From the NCBI GenBank assembly GCA_965645245.1, contig OZ287069.1, forward strand, positions 124,001 through 188,000: DNA of 64,000 nt. Reading direction: 5' to 3'. Source of the stretch: Massalongia carnosa (Eukaryota). Within the stretch, counting starts at the first letter, position 1. Every line of letters starts with the position of its first letter. Positions 45,819 to 57,371 of the stretch are shown piece by piece. Both the position numbers and the translations under genes were made by a program. The notes beneath the pieces are model-generated. The model did no database searches. It saw nothing but the letters and a program-made list of their open reading frames with translations, and was not told the DNA's origin.

Positions 45819-47640
45819 ATAGTAGCTTTGCTCGATAGCCTGATGGCCCATCGGGTGTCTTTTCTTAGGCGTTCCGTGTCTGAGGCGTTGTTGACTATTA
45901 CCTGTAGGTCTCCGCTAGGGAGGACCCTTGCTGCTATTGCTACGGCTGCTGCCTTGGCTGTGCCATTGGAAATAGGGGGGGCGGGAGCGTTTTGATTGGT
46001 CGGAATTCTCGTGTTGTTATGATCCTTTAACGCGTTAGATATTGCCGCGTTGATTCTGTCTTTGAGCGCTGAGGAGGCCAGTTTGGCCAGATCCTTTGCT
46101 ATGGCTTCGTTGTTCAGTTTGACGACGATTTCACGAGCTTTCTCTTCTAGTATAGGAGCGGGGATGGACGTCCCCGAAAGCGTAGAGATCGTTGGGGCCG
46201 AGGCAGCAAAGGCTGCCCGTTCTGCCCAGGTTATCGTCCTCTTGTAGCCAGTATGTTAAATAAACAGTTGACGGCATAATGTTGAAATTACTACGGAGGT
46301 GACTGCTTATAGCAGTCATGGCAGCCTGCAGGGCAGAGCTAGAACCAATGGGGCTAAGCGAGTATTCCAACACTCCCCTTCGAGCGTGGCTCCCCTTTCG
46401 CCTCCAAAATTGAAACTATCCAGCTTTTATCACTCCCCTTGCGAAGTGATTCATCCAGCTGTGTCCGATTCGCTCCCCTTGCGGAACGAATCTAGCTCCC
46501 TCTGACTCCATTTTCCCTGAGCACGTAGTTCCTTCTTATGTCTTTTGTTGTCCTGCTTTGTAACCTCATTAAACCCATAACCATCTCTCGAAACGTAGCT
46601 TTTGTGAGTGTATGGGTGGATGGGAAGAGTACTATGGACGTGTTTTGTTGATGGCCTGAGCAGGGCTTTTCTCGATGTCTCTGTTAGATATTTTCCCGCA
46701 GACCATTGACGTTGGTGGCCTGATCGCAGGGCTTTTATCTCCCCTTGCTGATCTGACCAGTATTGCAAGATGTGAAGTCTTCGAGGCACCGCCCGTTGTA
46801 GATGTCCTCCTCAGCACGTTTCGTACGTACACCACTTTCGATGACGTTTCCGCTTCGTTTCCGCTTCGTTTCTCATCCCTTTCGATGTCGTTTCCGCTTC
46901 GTTTTCGCGCTTTCCACGTCTGAACTTTCACCTCACCATCTTCTTGATACGACATGATAGTACGTAGTCTATGCATGAAGGATGCCGTCGGAGTGGCGCA
47001 AAGCACAAACCCGGGACTCATAACCTGTTAAATAAACAGTTGACGGCATAATGTTTATTTTACTACGGAGGTGACTGCTTATAGCAGTCATGGCAGCCTG
47101 CAGGGCAGAGCTAGAACTAATGGGGCTAAGCGAGTATTCCAACACAGTAGTGGCCGCGGAGGAGGTAGTGGGTGTTGTGCGGGCGGTGTCTTGCTTGCGC
47201 TCGACATAGGTGACTTTAGTGAGCGTTTGCTCTGTAGTGTTCTTTATTTGGTTGATGGTAGCTTGGAGCTGATCCATTGTTGGCTGGTTGCGCATCTTCT
47301 CCAGTAGGCTGAGCATACTGGAGAGTAACGGGGTGTAAGACTGAACCTTCATAGGTCTTTGCTTCTGATATGCCTCGCAGTTAGTTAAGTTATTAAGCAC
47401 ATTGGTGAGGAAGTGACGATGCTCGTCTAGTGAATCGGGGGGGGCGTCGTTGGGCACGACAAAAGAGCTCCCCATGGTTGCCACAATGCAGCCACAACAG
47501 AAGGGACGATATAACTTTCGGCCAAGATAGCTACAGAGTCGGGGAGCAATTCTACGTGATCACAATGACTATTGAGGGCTTGTATGGGTAACGAATGCAA
47601 TTTCTAGTGCTAGCTAAAAAAGTGCGAAAGTTTTTTTGAC
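45819..47640 (-). mobile_element. 5' part of a LINE (Tad1-like ORF1), interrupted by a TRIM and cut by Ngaro-2
   Basis: ORF from 47484 rejoins across the TRIM: ...SSAATTGYKRTITWAERAA...REIVVKL...AARVLPSGDL...RWAIRL. Confidence 0.65.
46254..47144 (-). mobile_element. TRIM-like miniature non-autonomous LTR element (891 bp)
   Basis: 119-bp LTRs at 46254-46372 and 47026-47144 (TG...CA); TSD CAGTA; PBS GGTTATGAGTCCC; PPT GAAGGGGAG; no pol domains. Confidence 0.92.
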
Positions 47641-48529
47641 GTTCATGTACTTGTTTGTAACGTCTGTTGATCTTTTTGGCCTCGCCAGGCTTCTCCAGGT
47701 CGCCCTGCAAGGAGATGTATTTGTTGAATAGGGTCTTGTCGTATTCGAGCGCTCTCGCGAGGAAGTCATACCATCGGGGTCCTTCTTTCTCGTCTCGCAA
47801 GATGCTCTGCAATTCCTTCAAATTGTGTGCTGCAACGTGGGACGGATGTTCCGCGGCTTCCTTCTCGTAATATGGATGATCGGAGACATCGATCTTCTGA
47901 AAAAACTTCTTTTCTTTTTCACGTCCTGCTCTTGGGGTTTTTTTCCACCTCCCCTCCGTGGTTTCTTTAATCTGTTCGTTCTGAGGTAATTCGGAGTCTT
48001 CAAACGTTCCCGGCATGCTGCTATCCGAGCGAGACGAATGATGGGAGACGGAACGAGCGCGGGTGTTAAATGCTGGGCCGGTCTGGGCCTCTGCGGGAGG
48101 GGCTACGGCCTTTCTTGCCGTCATGGGCGTTTTTGAGCTCATGACTGGATTCTGACAATGGGAAAGCTTGATTCCCTGATTCTAAAAGTTCTGGAAGTTC
48201 TGGAATTTGGATCGGTTTGGATTCGCACAAACGATCAGTGTGGAAAGTTACTGGAACGGGTTTTCACCCTATCTGGAAGAAAGTTGCTGGAACGGGACCT
48301 CGTCCCTGGAAGTTCTGGAAGAAAGAATACTAATAGGTAGATAAATTATGTAAGGAAGCTGTCGTCGATTCTAATCAACCGCTATTAAACTAAAATTTAT
48401 CTACAAAAGAAGAAAAGAAACATTGTGCGCGACTCGCTAGAAATATCTGCACCGAGTGTCGCGCTAGCCTCGCGTGCTCGCGTGCTCCCCCCTTCCATCT
48501 CAGCCTTATGTCAGGCTAGGACCCTGACA
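47641..48529 (-). mobile_element. Truncated Gypsy (5' LTR 48349-48529 and gag N-terminus), a relative of the element at 9142
   Basis: MSSKTPMTARKA...GPAFNTRARS...SMPGTFEDSEL matches Gag at 9545; LTR begins TGTCAGGGTCCT(A/G)GCCTGAC in both. Confidence 0.9.
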
Positions 48530-48849
48530 ATGTCAATGGCATAATGCGTAATTTCTCAATGAGTAGAGTAAAAGAATTTCTATCTATCAATCTAGGGTTG
48601 CGTATTCGCTGTTGATTGCACAAAATCTCCTGATCTATTTTTTTTCCGCACCTCATCATATATTTTCTACACCGATTGTCTTATAGGAGTGTTTCTATCA
48701 GTCACATTTTTAATCAATGAATGCGGACCTTCTGAACGCTTTGTGCTGTGTGCGCCTACATTAGGAAGTTTAGTAGTATATGCATGCACGAATTGATTTT
48801 CTTGACGTTAATAGAAATTCATGAGATAATTCTGCGAAAGAGCTAGCGT

Positions 48850-49914
48850 TAGCAGTAGCCCTAACTCGCTTGAAATTTAATTTGATATATCACTACTAAT
48901 CTTTTCTGCGGGATGAAGTTCATTCAGCAAATTTCTTCGTCTCTCATCCAACTCATCAATAATGGGGGATTTTATATAATCCCAAATCATAGACTCCAGC
49001 TTTTTACGCACTTCTTGGGGATAATTTCCTGCCTTGATCATCGTTTTTTATTTCCTCGGCCGCATGCCACGTGTAAAGCTGCAAAACGCATCTCTCCTCC
49101 CCCGCTTTCATCATTAATTGATTCAGATTTTCGGCGATCTCTCTTGCTATAGTCAATGCAGTTGTCATAGAATTACCTCGCACCCTCCCACGTTTCCTGA
49201 TCGGGTTAGTATTTAACAGGCTCTCTTGCCGTGAAACCTGCCCTGCATGTTGAATAGAACCGTGGCCCGTTATTCCGAACTATCCTGAAACCTCGCCCCA
49301 TGTGTTCAGACGTTCTTCCGCTGCCTTCAGTGCACTCCCAAACTCTTATATCCCGAATCCAATCTCAACGTCTCCACTATCCAAGCCTACGACTGGGATT
49401 GCCCAGCAGAGAGAGATTGCTTCGGCATGGAGAAAGGCGGAACAGGTCAAAGCGATCATGGTTAGGAAATTAGAACAGGAACAGAGATGAGGGCAAGTCA
49501 ATAATAGGGGAGTTGGAAGCCATGGCTATAAAACCTATGTGGTTTCTCAGGTGTTTGGAGCTCTTCGTCGGACGTCTTGTAAACTATCCCTAGACCTAGC
49601 TTTCTAAATAGTAACTCTTGTATATCTCCCTATCTGGACCTTGTCCGTGACAGCAGTATCGAGATCAATTGCCGGAGCTCTAGGTTTTCTTTGCATGGCT
49701 ACAGTCAACCCAGCTGCAAAATCCTCGAGAATCACCCCAGGCCCGGGGCAATCATCATGAAAAATCAACTCTTTCATACATTCGAAAATAAAAGTGAAAT
49801 ACTCGGCCGGTTCGAAAGTTATATAGTAATAAGCGACGGGAAATGAGAGGTTCGGTTTTAATGTGTTGAGCTGAATGTATGATAACAATGAGCTCTATGG
49901 TAAATTTATATTTA
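48850..49914 (-). pseudogene. Degenerate MULE transposase fragment containing a solo LTR
   Basis: SFPVAYYYI...GPGVILEDFAAGL, and after the solo LTR, VLQLYTWHAAE...MIWDYIKS. Confidence 0.7.
49163..49652. mobile_element. Solo LTR (490 bp)
   Basis: TGTCATAGA...TCCGTGACA with 5-bp TSD GCAGT; removal restores DLDTA-LTIAR in the host frame. Confidence 0.85.
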
Positions 49915-50638
49915 CGTCAGAAGAATATCTCCTGATAGTAAAATAGATGATTGATTTTTTGATAGATCCATGATGAATCCTCTAAGCATAAATTTACAAG
50001 AAGAGAATTTTGTATGAGCCTGTCTCGCTTGTTACATAATCTCTGCCGTTAGTCCGACACACCCCTTTGATGAAGGTCTTCTTTCACTTGAATGAGAATA
50101 GAATCTTCATCAATCTTTTCCATTTCTAGGCCTAGTAGCCGTAATAATTCTTTGTGACGCGGGGGTGGAAGGGCCTTGGTTAGTCCATCAGCTAGAATAT
50201 TAATAGTATCTAAGTTGATTTTCCCAATAGCTATCTCTTGACGTAGCCAATGTTTGTGGATATCGACGTGCCTTAATTTGGTGATAAGCCTATTGGTGGT
50301 GAGCGCTCGAATGGTCTGCATATTATCGCATTGAATGCTAGCTGTTTAGGTTAAATGAAAGTTAATGGATTGAAAAAATCGGGTCCACCATATCAACTCT
50401 ATCCCTGCAGCTGATATAGCTAGCAATTCAGCCTCAATTGAGCTAGTGGTCACAGTACGTTGCTTTGATACTTTCCAGTCTATCATACTATTGTACAATT
50501 TGAAAGCATAGCCTTGAGAGCTATATCGAGTGCTCGTATCGTCAGCGAATGAAGTATCGCTGCTAGCCACGAAGATGGTGTGTGAGTTGACTAGCGAGCT
50601 GAATACGATGGCTAGGTGTTTAGTGTAGGCTAGATATT
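49915..50638 (-). mobile_element. 3' end of a Copia element (RNase H, PPT, ~145-bp LTR at 49915-50059)
   Basis: SSDTSFADD, TTSSIEAE, HVDIHKHWLRQ, ADGLTKAL; AAAGGGGTG then TGTCGGA...TCTGACG. Confidence 0.85.
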
Positions 50639-51541
50639 TGTCATGAAACGGCTTCGAACCAAAAGGATCTCGGCCTTATCCGTAGTTGCCCCCTCTATCC
50701 TGTCGTACCGCAGGTTCATTGGAGCTACCGCGGGTTCATTGGACCTAGCCGTGAACTCTATATGGAATCTACTGGCCTACTCGGAGCTACTCGATCTCTT
50801 GATGGATCAAGAGTTGTAGCAGAGGCACGGCTAGCTGGACGCATCTTGAGCTCGGCCTCCCCGGTGTAAACTTCAGCTTCAACCTTTATTGCTACGTTGG
50901 TAGTGATGTCGGCTGAATCAACCTCCATGACCTTGTGGTCTAGACCTTGTGTCTAGAGGCAGGTCCGCAGTGTAGATAGAGATTCAGTCGGAGGTAACCT
51001 TCCATCGCTACGTTGGTAGTGGTGACGGCGAAATGAAGCTACATAGCCTCGGCGTCTAGACTTTATGTTTAGAGGTAGGCTAGCAATGTAGTGAGGGATC
51101 TAGCCGGAGGTAGAAGTGTTCTACCTTGCAAGGGAAGGTCTAGAAGGCTGCTCGAGGCTGACTAGATGATCCAGCGAACGCCGAGTTCGTAGATGGATCC
51201 TGAGGGATGGTTAGATGTAAGGCGATAAGGTCAGAAGTGGGTTACAAGGCTCCTAAGGTTCCAAGGCTCCCAAGGCTATAGGCTTGGGGTGAGTAGGATA
51301 AATACCAGAACGAATCCTGTAATATTCGTTAGCAATTAGTCTTTATTCTATGAACAACCTACGTTTGGGTCTCGGACGAGATCTCTTGGTCTAAGCACTT
51401 CCACATCCATTAGTTCTTTGGATCACGTATACTCTCGGAGACCAGCACGTAGTAGCTATCTTCCACCTCTCACGCTGAGCATTTCCCCTTTCGAGATCAG
51501 TGTCGCTCGTGATTAGCTTACTGGTCTCGTAGCCCATTACA
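50639..51541 (+). mobile_element. Long solo Gypsy LTR (903 bp) without matching TSD
   Basis: TG...CA ends; 50747-51541 nearly identical to 56497-57292. Confidence 0.88.
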
Positions 51542-51963
51542 CCTGATCGCAGGGCTTTATCTCCCCTTGCTGATCTGACCAGTAATGCAAGATGTGAAGT
51601 CTTCGAGGCACCGCCCGTTGTAGATGTCCTCCTCAGCACGTTTTGTACGTACAGCACTTTTGATGACGTTTCCGCTTCGTTTCCGCTTCGTTTCTCATCC
51701 CTTTCGATGTCGTTTCTGCTTCGTTTTCGCGCTGTCCACATCTGAACTTTCACCTCATCATCTTCTTGATACGACATGAAAGTACGTAGTCTATGCATGA
51801 AGGATGCCGTCGGAGTGGCGCAAAGCACAAACCCGGGACTCATAACCTGTTAAATGAACAGTTGACGGCATAATGTTGAAATTACTACGGAGGTGACTGC
51901 TTATAGCAGTCATGGCAGCCTGCAGGGCTGAGCTAGAACTAATGGGGCTAAGCGAGTATTCCA
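51542..51963 (-). mobile_element. Second, truncated copy of the TRIM
   Basis: Matches 46719-47141, including the PBS and an LTR at 51848-51963. Confidence 0.92.
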
Positions 51964-52034
51964 GTCGGTCATTCACCCTTCTCCCAAGAATCTCATTGCT
52001 ACTGTTCCTCAAGTCAAATAACCCATAGTCTACA

Positions 52035-54554
52035 ATGGACCATCTCCCACGTCCCTTCGGCATCGAGCTCACCGAAGCAGATGATGTTCCGTATGTGGCT
52101 CTCAATGATTATCACAGTGTTCCCTTCCTCGAATACGTGAAACTCAATGAGGCCTATCAAGTTGCCCCGGATATGCTAGATGCAAGTTTCATGTCACTCT
52201 ATGATTCTAGGCCGAAGATATCTGAGCTCGAGCGCTTTCTTCAGACATGGCTCTTCTTTGGACTCCTTCAGGAGACGTTGGGTGAAATTTTCAATCATCA
52301 TGACTTCGTGCATGCTAAAGGCTCCAAAGTGGTCATTTCGACAAAGCGACTTTCAGAGAAACTCAAGCAATGGATGAGTGACCCGAACCTTGATCAACAG
52401 CGTCTCACCCACCTTCATCAGTGCTTGCACATGGCTTCGGTAGCTCTTGTTGCCACACCTGGAATGTTCGATACTAAGCTGAAGATTGGCATTGCTGCCA
52501 CAGTCGAGGTCATTGACACTGCTCTAATCCTAGTCGCGAAGGCCAAGAATATAAGCACAAGCCTCCCCTCCGCGGTAAGGTGCTGGGGTGACTTGGATGA
52601 ATCAAATTTGCGAGTAGCGGAGATGCATGAGCTACACGGGTGGTGTCCTGCCCAAGCCTCGTTCACGCTTAGAAAATTTTATTCACTACAAGCCAAAATA
52701 TTTTTCTCCAAAATCACGAAACCTCACCAAACCGGCATTCATGATTCCTGTTCAGTTGAAAATTGCCGTGCACCCTTGATATACAAATCGTTACATCGTC
52801 ATCCGGGTATCTGCAAAGTCGTTAAGACGAATCAAGAAGAGGTGATCAAGGCGCTGAAAGATGGCAAGAATGCCCTCTTAGATCTCACATTGAACCCGAC
52901 ATTCGATGAAATCTCTGTCGCTATTGTCGCCGCACAACCGAAATCTTGGTACATCGCACTTTCTCATGTCTGGGCAGATGGACTCGGCAACGCGAAAGAA
53001 AATTCTCTGCCTCAATGTCAACTTCGGCGTATTTACGATCTCCTCACAAGCTTCTGCAAAGAAGAATTCATTGTAGGGGATCAGAAGAGGCCTTACCTAT
53101 GGCTCGATACACTCTGCTGCCCGGTAGATCCGGAGGGTAAGCTCCTCGCCCTAGCAAAAATGCCAGAGGTTTACCGAAATGCGTCGCAAGTACTTGTTTT
53201 GGACTCATCTCTGACCGAGATCGATTGTAGGCGCCTTCAACCGATAGAGGTGTTATCGAGGGTGTTCTCGTCAGGTTGGATATTCAGGTTGTGGACCCTC
53301 AACGAGGCCAACTTAGCGTTAAGACTCTGGATCCAATTTCAGGATGGAATCATTGAGTTAGGCCAAGTCTTTAGCGCCATGTCTACGATGACGAAACCTG
53401 AAACATACCACTTCACCAGCGAACTTGCTAGCGAGTATGGAAAGCTTCGAATCGAAGACTCGAAGCACACTGGAGGGAAGCTCTGGTATCTCACGGAAGC
53501 ACTAAGATATCGATCCGTTAGTGAAGTTTCTGACGAGCCGATTTGTGTCGGGGCTTTGCTGCGATTGGATGTTGGTGTCATTACTGGGAAAGAGAAACTC
53601 TTACCATCCGCAAATCAGGAGGACAGAAATAGGCTTAGGGACGCAAGGATGGCCGTTTTATGGGAATCATCTTCTCAGCGCCAACTGTTGATCCCCAAGG
53701 CCTCAATTTACCACGTTGGGGATAGACTCACAAAACCAGGACTGAGATGGGCGCCATCAACACTGCTCAACATAGAGAGTACCTCTCACTTCTTCTGTTC
53801 AACAGAAACGGATTTTGCGCTTCCATCACCAAATGGGTTGATTCTCTCCTCTGCAGCATATTCGATCTCGGTGCCTGAGCGCGTAGACAGCATTCTCAGT
53901 CGCGCCTCGACAGCGGCTTCTAGCATGCTTGATCTTCTAAAATACGATGAGCTTCAATGGCTTACGATTTTCAGCACCTCTGGGCAGAAGAAATATCCAT
54001 TGGGTTGCAATCATATGGCGTTTTATGACATCATGATAGAAACAGGAAGAGACGCAGATTTTGAGATCTTAATCGAAAACTCTGCGAGACTCTTGCAAGA
54101 CTCATACAAAAGCACGAATTGTCTCCTCGTAGAAAATTTCACCAAAGACAGTCAAAACCCTGACTCAAAGATGAAGAATGCTCATTTTGTCCGGCAGGGG
54201 TGGATTACGAACCACGATCGAGCCACATGTGCTTTCCTCAATTCATTACTCGGACAGGCTCAAGCGCTTCAAAACGACAACATCACTCGAGAGATTCGAG
54301 AGCTGAGTGAACACGGCGATCAGGATCAGCGGTACCTCGATGCCTATCAACGACTGCTCAAAAAAGTTGAGACAATCGTGACTCAGCTTGAAGCAGAACT
54401 GGACGCGGAAGACAAAAAACTTCCCGATAGTGGGCTTGGGCTCATGCATAATCGACGAAAGTCGATTTTTTCATTGCTCTCGCGTTTTTATCGAAACCGT
54501 TATCTTGTAAAAGAACGGGATTTTTCTATTTCACAGAAGTATTGTATTGATTAA
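52035..54554 (+). CDS. HET-domain protein (839 aa), intact and intronless
   Basis: FLQTWLFFGLL; YIALSHVWADGLGN; LWLDTLCCP; VYRNASQVLVLDS; WIFRLWTLNE. Confidence 0.9.
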   Translation: MDHLPRPFGIELTEADDVPYVALNDYHSVPFLEYVKLNEAYQVAPDMLDASFMSLYDSRPKISELERFLQTWLFFGLLQETLGEIFNHHDFVHAKGSKVVISTKRLSEKLKQWMSDPNLDQQRLTHLHQCLHMASVALVATPGMFDTKLKIGIAATVEVIDTALILVAKAKNISTSLPSAVRCWGDLDESNLRVAEMHELHGWCPAQASFTLRKFYSLQAKIFFSKITKPHQTGIHDSCSVENCRAPLIYKSLHRHPGICKVVKTNQEEVIKALKDGKNALLDLTLNPTFDEISVAIVAAQPKSWYIALSHVWADGLGNAKENSLPQCQLRRIYDLLTSFCKEEFIVGDQKRPYLWLDTLCCPVDPEGKLLALAKMPEVYRNASQVLVLDSSLTEIDCRRLQPIEVLSRVFSSGWIFRLWTLNEANLALRLWIQFQDGIIELGQVFSAMSTMTKPETYHFTSELASEYGKLRIEDSKHTGGKLWYLTEALRYRSVSEVSDEPICVGALLRLDVGVITGKEKLLPSANQEDRNRLRDARMAVLWESSSQRQLLIPKASIYHVGDRLTKPGLRWAPSTLLNIESTSHFFCSTETDFALPSPNGLILSSAAYSISVPERVDSILSRASTAASSMLDLLKYDELQWLTIFSTSGQKKYPLGCNHMAFYDIMIETGRDADFEILIENSARLLQDSYKSTNCLLVENFTKDSQNPDSKMKNAHFVRQGWITNHDRATCAFLNSLLGQAQALQNDNITREIRELSEHGDQDQRYLDAYQRLLKKVETIVTQLEAELDAEDKKLPDSGLGLMHNRRKSIFSLLSRFYRNRYLVKERDFSISQKYCID

Positions 54555-54816
54555 CAATACAAATATCGTTATTAATCAAATTAAATAACATATTTACAAA
54601 ATCGGAAATACTGCAATTGATATATTTGAATCTATAGTTCTAAAGTGTGGCTGCTTTCCAACGCGCTGCAGCATTTGACTAAGAAAGCAGAGTCTAGAAA
54701 AGAATCATGATATCATTCAGAGAAGCTATCATCATCCATGGAAAGTATATATAACGAGCCAGCAGCTGACGGTGACAACAAATTGAAATCTCCGTGCCCA
54801 AGTCTACTCTCAAATC

Positions 54817-55096
54817 AATGGTATCAATGGTGCTAATGGTGCTAATAGTGCTAATGGTGCTAATGGTGCTAATGGTGCTAATGGTGCTAATGGTGCTAAT
54901 GGTGCTAATGGTGCTAATGGTGCTAATGGTGCTAATGGTGCTAATGGTGCTAATGGTGCTAATGGTGCTAATGGTGCTAATGGTGCTAATGGTGCTAATG
55001 GTGCTAATGGTGCTAATGGTGCTAATGGTGCTAATGGTGCTAATGGTGCTAATGGTGCTAATGGTGCTAATGGTGCTAATGGTGCCAATGGTGCCA
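54817..55096. repeat. 9-bp tandem repeat (AATGGTGCT), about 31 copies
   Basis: Near-perfect array. Confidence 0.97.
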
Positions 55097-55506
55097 GCAG
55101 CTCGAGTCCGGGAAGCCACCAAGGAACGTTTCCAGGACCGTGTTTTACACTGCTGAACCCGAGATGCTCGCATCCAACCCCGATATTGTTTTCGATCTCG
55201 TCGCAGCAATAGAAGTATTGCTCCAGAATGCACTATTCGCAGAATGCACTATTCGTAGGTGTCGTCAAGATATTTTACACAGAAGTTCAGGTCGTTTTCG
55301 TAGCAGCAGGAGAGCGTTTTCGAGCCGCAGTCGGGAAAGGATAGTCCTCTTCACCGTCGCCGCCCTCTTTGAAGGCGAGATTGGTTGGGGCGTGTAGGGC
55401 ACTGTTTTCAGATCCGTGATCAACATTGTCGGTGGAAGCTTCTGATATCATCGAAATTAGTAGATATAATAGTACTGCTATGATTGATCATCGATGTCAG
55501 AAGCTA

Positions 55507-56109
55507 CGGGATTTCCCGGTGAAACGCCGAACCCGGTGACAACGCCGAATTTTAGAAAATTACTCCGCACCACCTTACCCTCTTCAACCATGAATAACAC
55601 TACCACCACCGCCCCAATTGACCAAGCAATTGCTAATTTAGAATCGCAAGAGCGACCAAATATACTTGCAACTGCTAAGAAATTTGGCCTAGTCGAAAGT
55701 ACTCTTCGGCGGCGATGGAAAGGCCAATCGGTCTCCCGACGGGAGGCTTCATCCACACATAAGCAACGCCTCACAACGGTCCAAGAAGAGGCTCTAATCT
55801 CACAAATCAATCGATTAACCGACAGAGGAATACCTCCTACCCCTACAATTGTGCGCAATTTGGCAGAAGCAATGATCCAGTCGTCAGTAGGTAGGAACTG
55901 GGCGGGAGAATTCACTAAGCGAAATCAAGATAGACTTAAAAGTCTATATTTACGCAACATGGACAGTCTACGCATAAAGTCTGAGTATGCACCTACATTC
56001 AAGCAATTCTATGATCAGGTCCGTAGTTTTGACAATATAAATGCCCCTAATTGCGTCGCATTTGTGCCTAATAGTCAACATTTCTTCTAGTTGACCGCGG
56101 GCATCGAAA
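55507..56109 (+). mobile_element. 5' end of a second pogo/Fot1 element, with a probable 72-bp intron in the transposase
   Basis: TA|CGGGATTTCCCGGTGAAACGCCGAACCCGGTGACAACGCCGAA end; ATG at 55590 with HTH/CENP-B motifs; GT 56019 to TAG 56090. Confidence 0.8.
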
Positions 56110-56185
56110 AACGGCAAATTACTGAGATGACACCCAAATAACCCCCCCATCTTGCCTGGGGGTTATTTGGGGGTCAATTACCGTA
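56110..56185 (-). mobile_element. ~76-bp hairpin mini-element
   Basis: Reverse complement of 29582-29647 joined to 30570-30579. Confidence 0.75.
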
Positions 56186-56265
56186 CAGTCCTGTGTCAAA
56201 AGTTTCCGACTCTACCCGCCATTTTCGTGATTTCGCGTTTTAACCTACCAACCCATCAACTTTGA
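56186..56265 (+). mobile_element. Possible Tc1/impala-like left end, cut by a Gypsy LTR
   Basis: TA|CAGTCCTGTGTCAAAAGTTT resembles Tc1-family termini; partner end not in the window. Confidence 0.4.
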
Positions 56266-57371
56266 TGTAATACGAATGGCGCTAGAAGGATACGTGATCG
56301 CCTACGGCGGTTGCGGGATTAACTAGCATGAGCCAGGCCGTAGTACTTAGTCGCACAGCCGTCGAGGTTGACACGACACCACCTTGCCACACAACTCCGA
56401 ATTAGTTGTTACTACGTTCTAGACTGCTTATAGATCAAACACCTGTCGAGGCTGTGGTGGTAGATTGCCATGGAGTAAGGCGAACTCCTGTGGAGAAGCC
56501 GTGAACTCTATATGGAATCTACTGGCCTACTCGGAGCTACTCGATCTCTTGATGGATCAAGAGTTGTAGCAGGAGGCACGGCTAGCTGGACGCAGCTTGA
56601 GCTCGGCCTCCCCGGTGTAAACTTCAGCTTCAACCTTTATTGCTACGTTGGTAGTGATGTCAGCTGAATCAACCTACATGACCTTGTGGTCTAGACCTTG
56701 TGTCTAGAGGCAGGTCCGCAGTGTAGACAGAGATTCAGTCGGAGGTAATCTTCCACCGCTACGTTGGTAGTGGTGACGGCGAAATGAAGCTACATAGCCT
56801 CGGCGTCTAGACTTTAGGTTTAGAGGCAGGCTAGCAATGTAGTGAGGGATCTAGCCGGAGGTAGAAGTGTTCTACCTTGCAAGGGAAGGTCTAGAAGGCT
56901 GCTCGAGGCTGACTAGATGATCCAGCGAACGCCGAGTTCGTAGATGGATCCTGAGGGATGGTTAGATGTAAGGCGATAAGGTCAGAAGTGGGTTGCAAGG
57001 CTCCTAAGGTTCCAAGGCTCCCAAGGCTATAGGCTTGGGGTGAGTAGGATAAATACCAGAACGAATCCTGTAGTATTCGTTAGCAATTAGTCTTTATTCT
57101 ATGAACAACCTACGTTTGGGTCTCGGACGAGATCTCTTGGTCTAAGCACTTCCAAATCTATTAGTTCTTTGGATCACATAAACTCTCGGAGACTAGCACG
57201 TGGTAGCTATCTTCCACCTCTCACGCTGAGCATTTCCCCTTTCGAGGTCAGTATCGCTCGTGATAAGCTTACTGGTCTCGTAGCCCATTACAATTCTAAT
57301 TGCTCTCATACCCTACGGGTCAGCCAGCCCGTTTGGAGGAAGCTTAGCTAGTGGAGCCATCTGTTTTAACG

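Noticed and set aside
40173..50638. Copia RT fragment (+) and RNase H fragment (-) as halves of one inverted element
   Set aside because: They overlap by several codons with different sequence (FLNGT vs YLAYT), so they come from different families.
54694..55233. TIS/MVL/APL repeat ORFs
   Set aside because: Open only because the 9-bp unit lacks stops in those frames.
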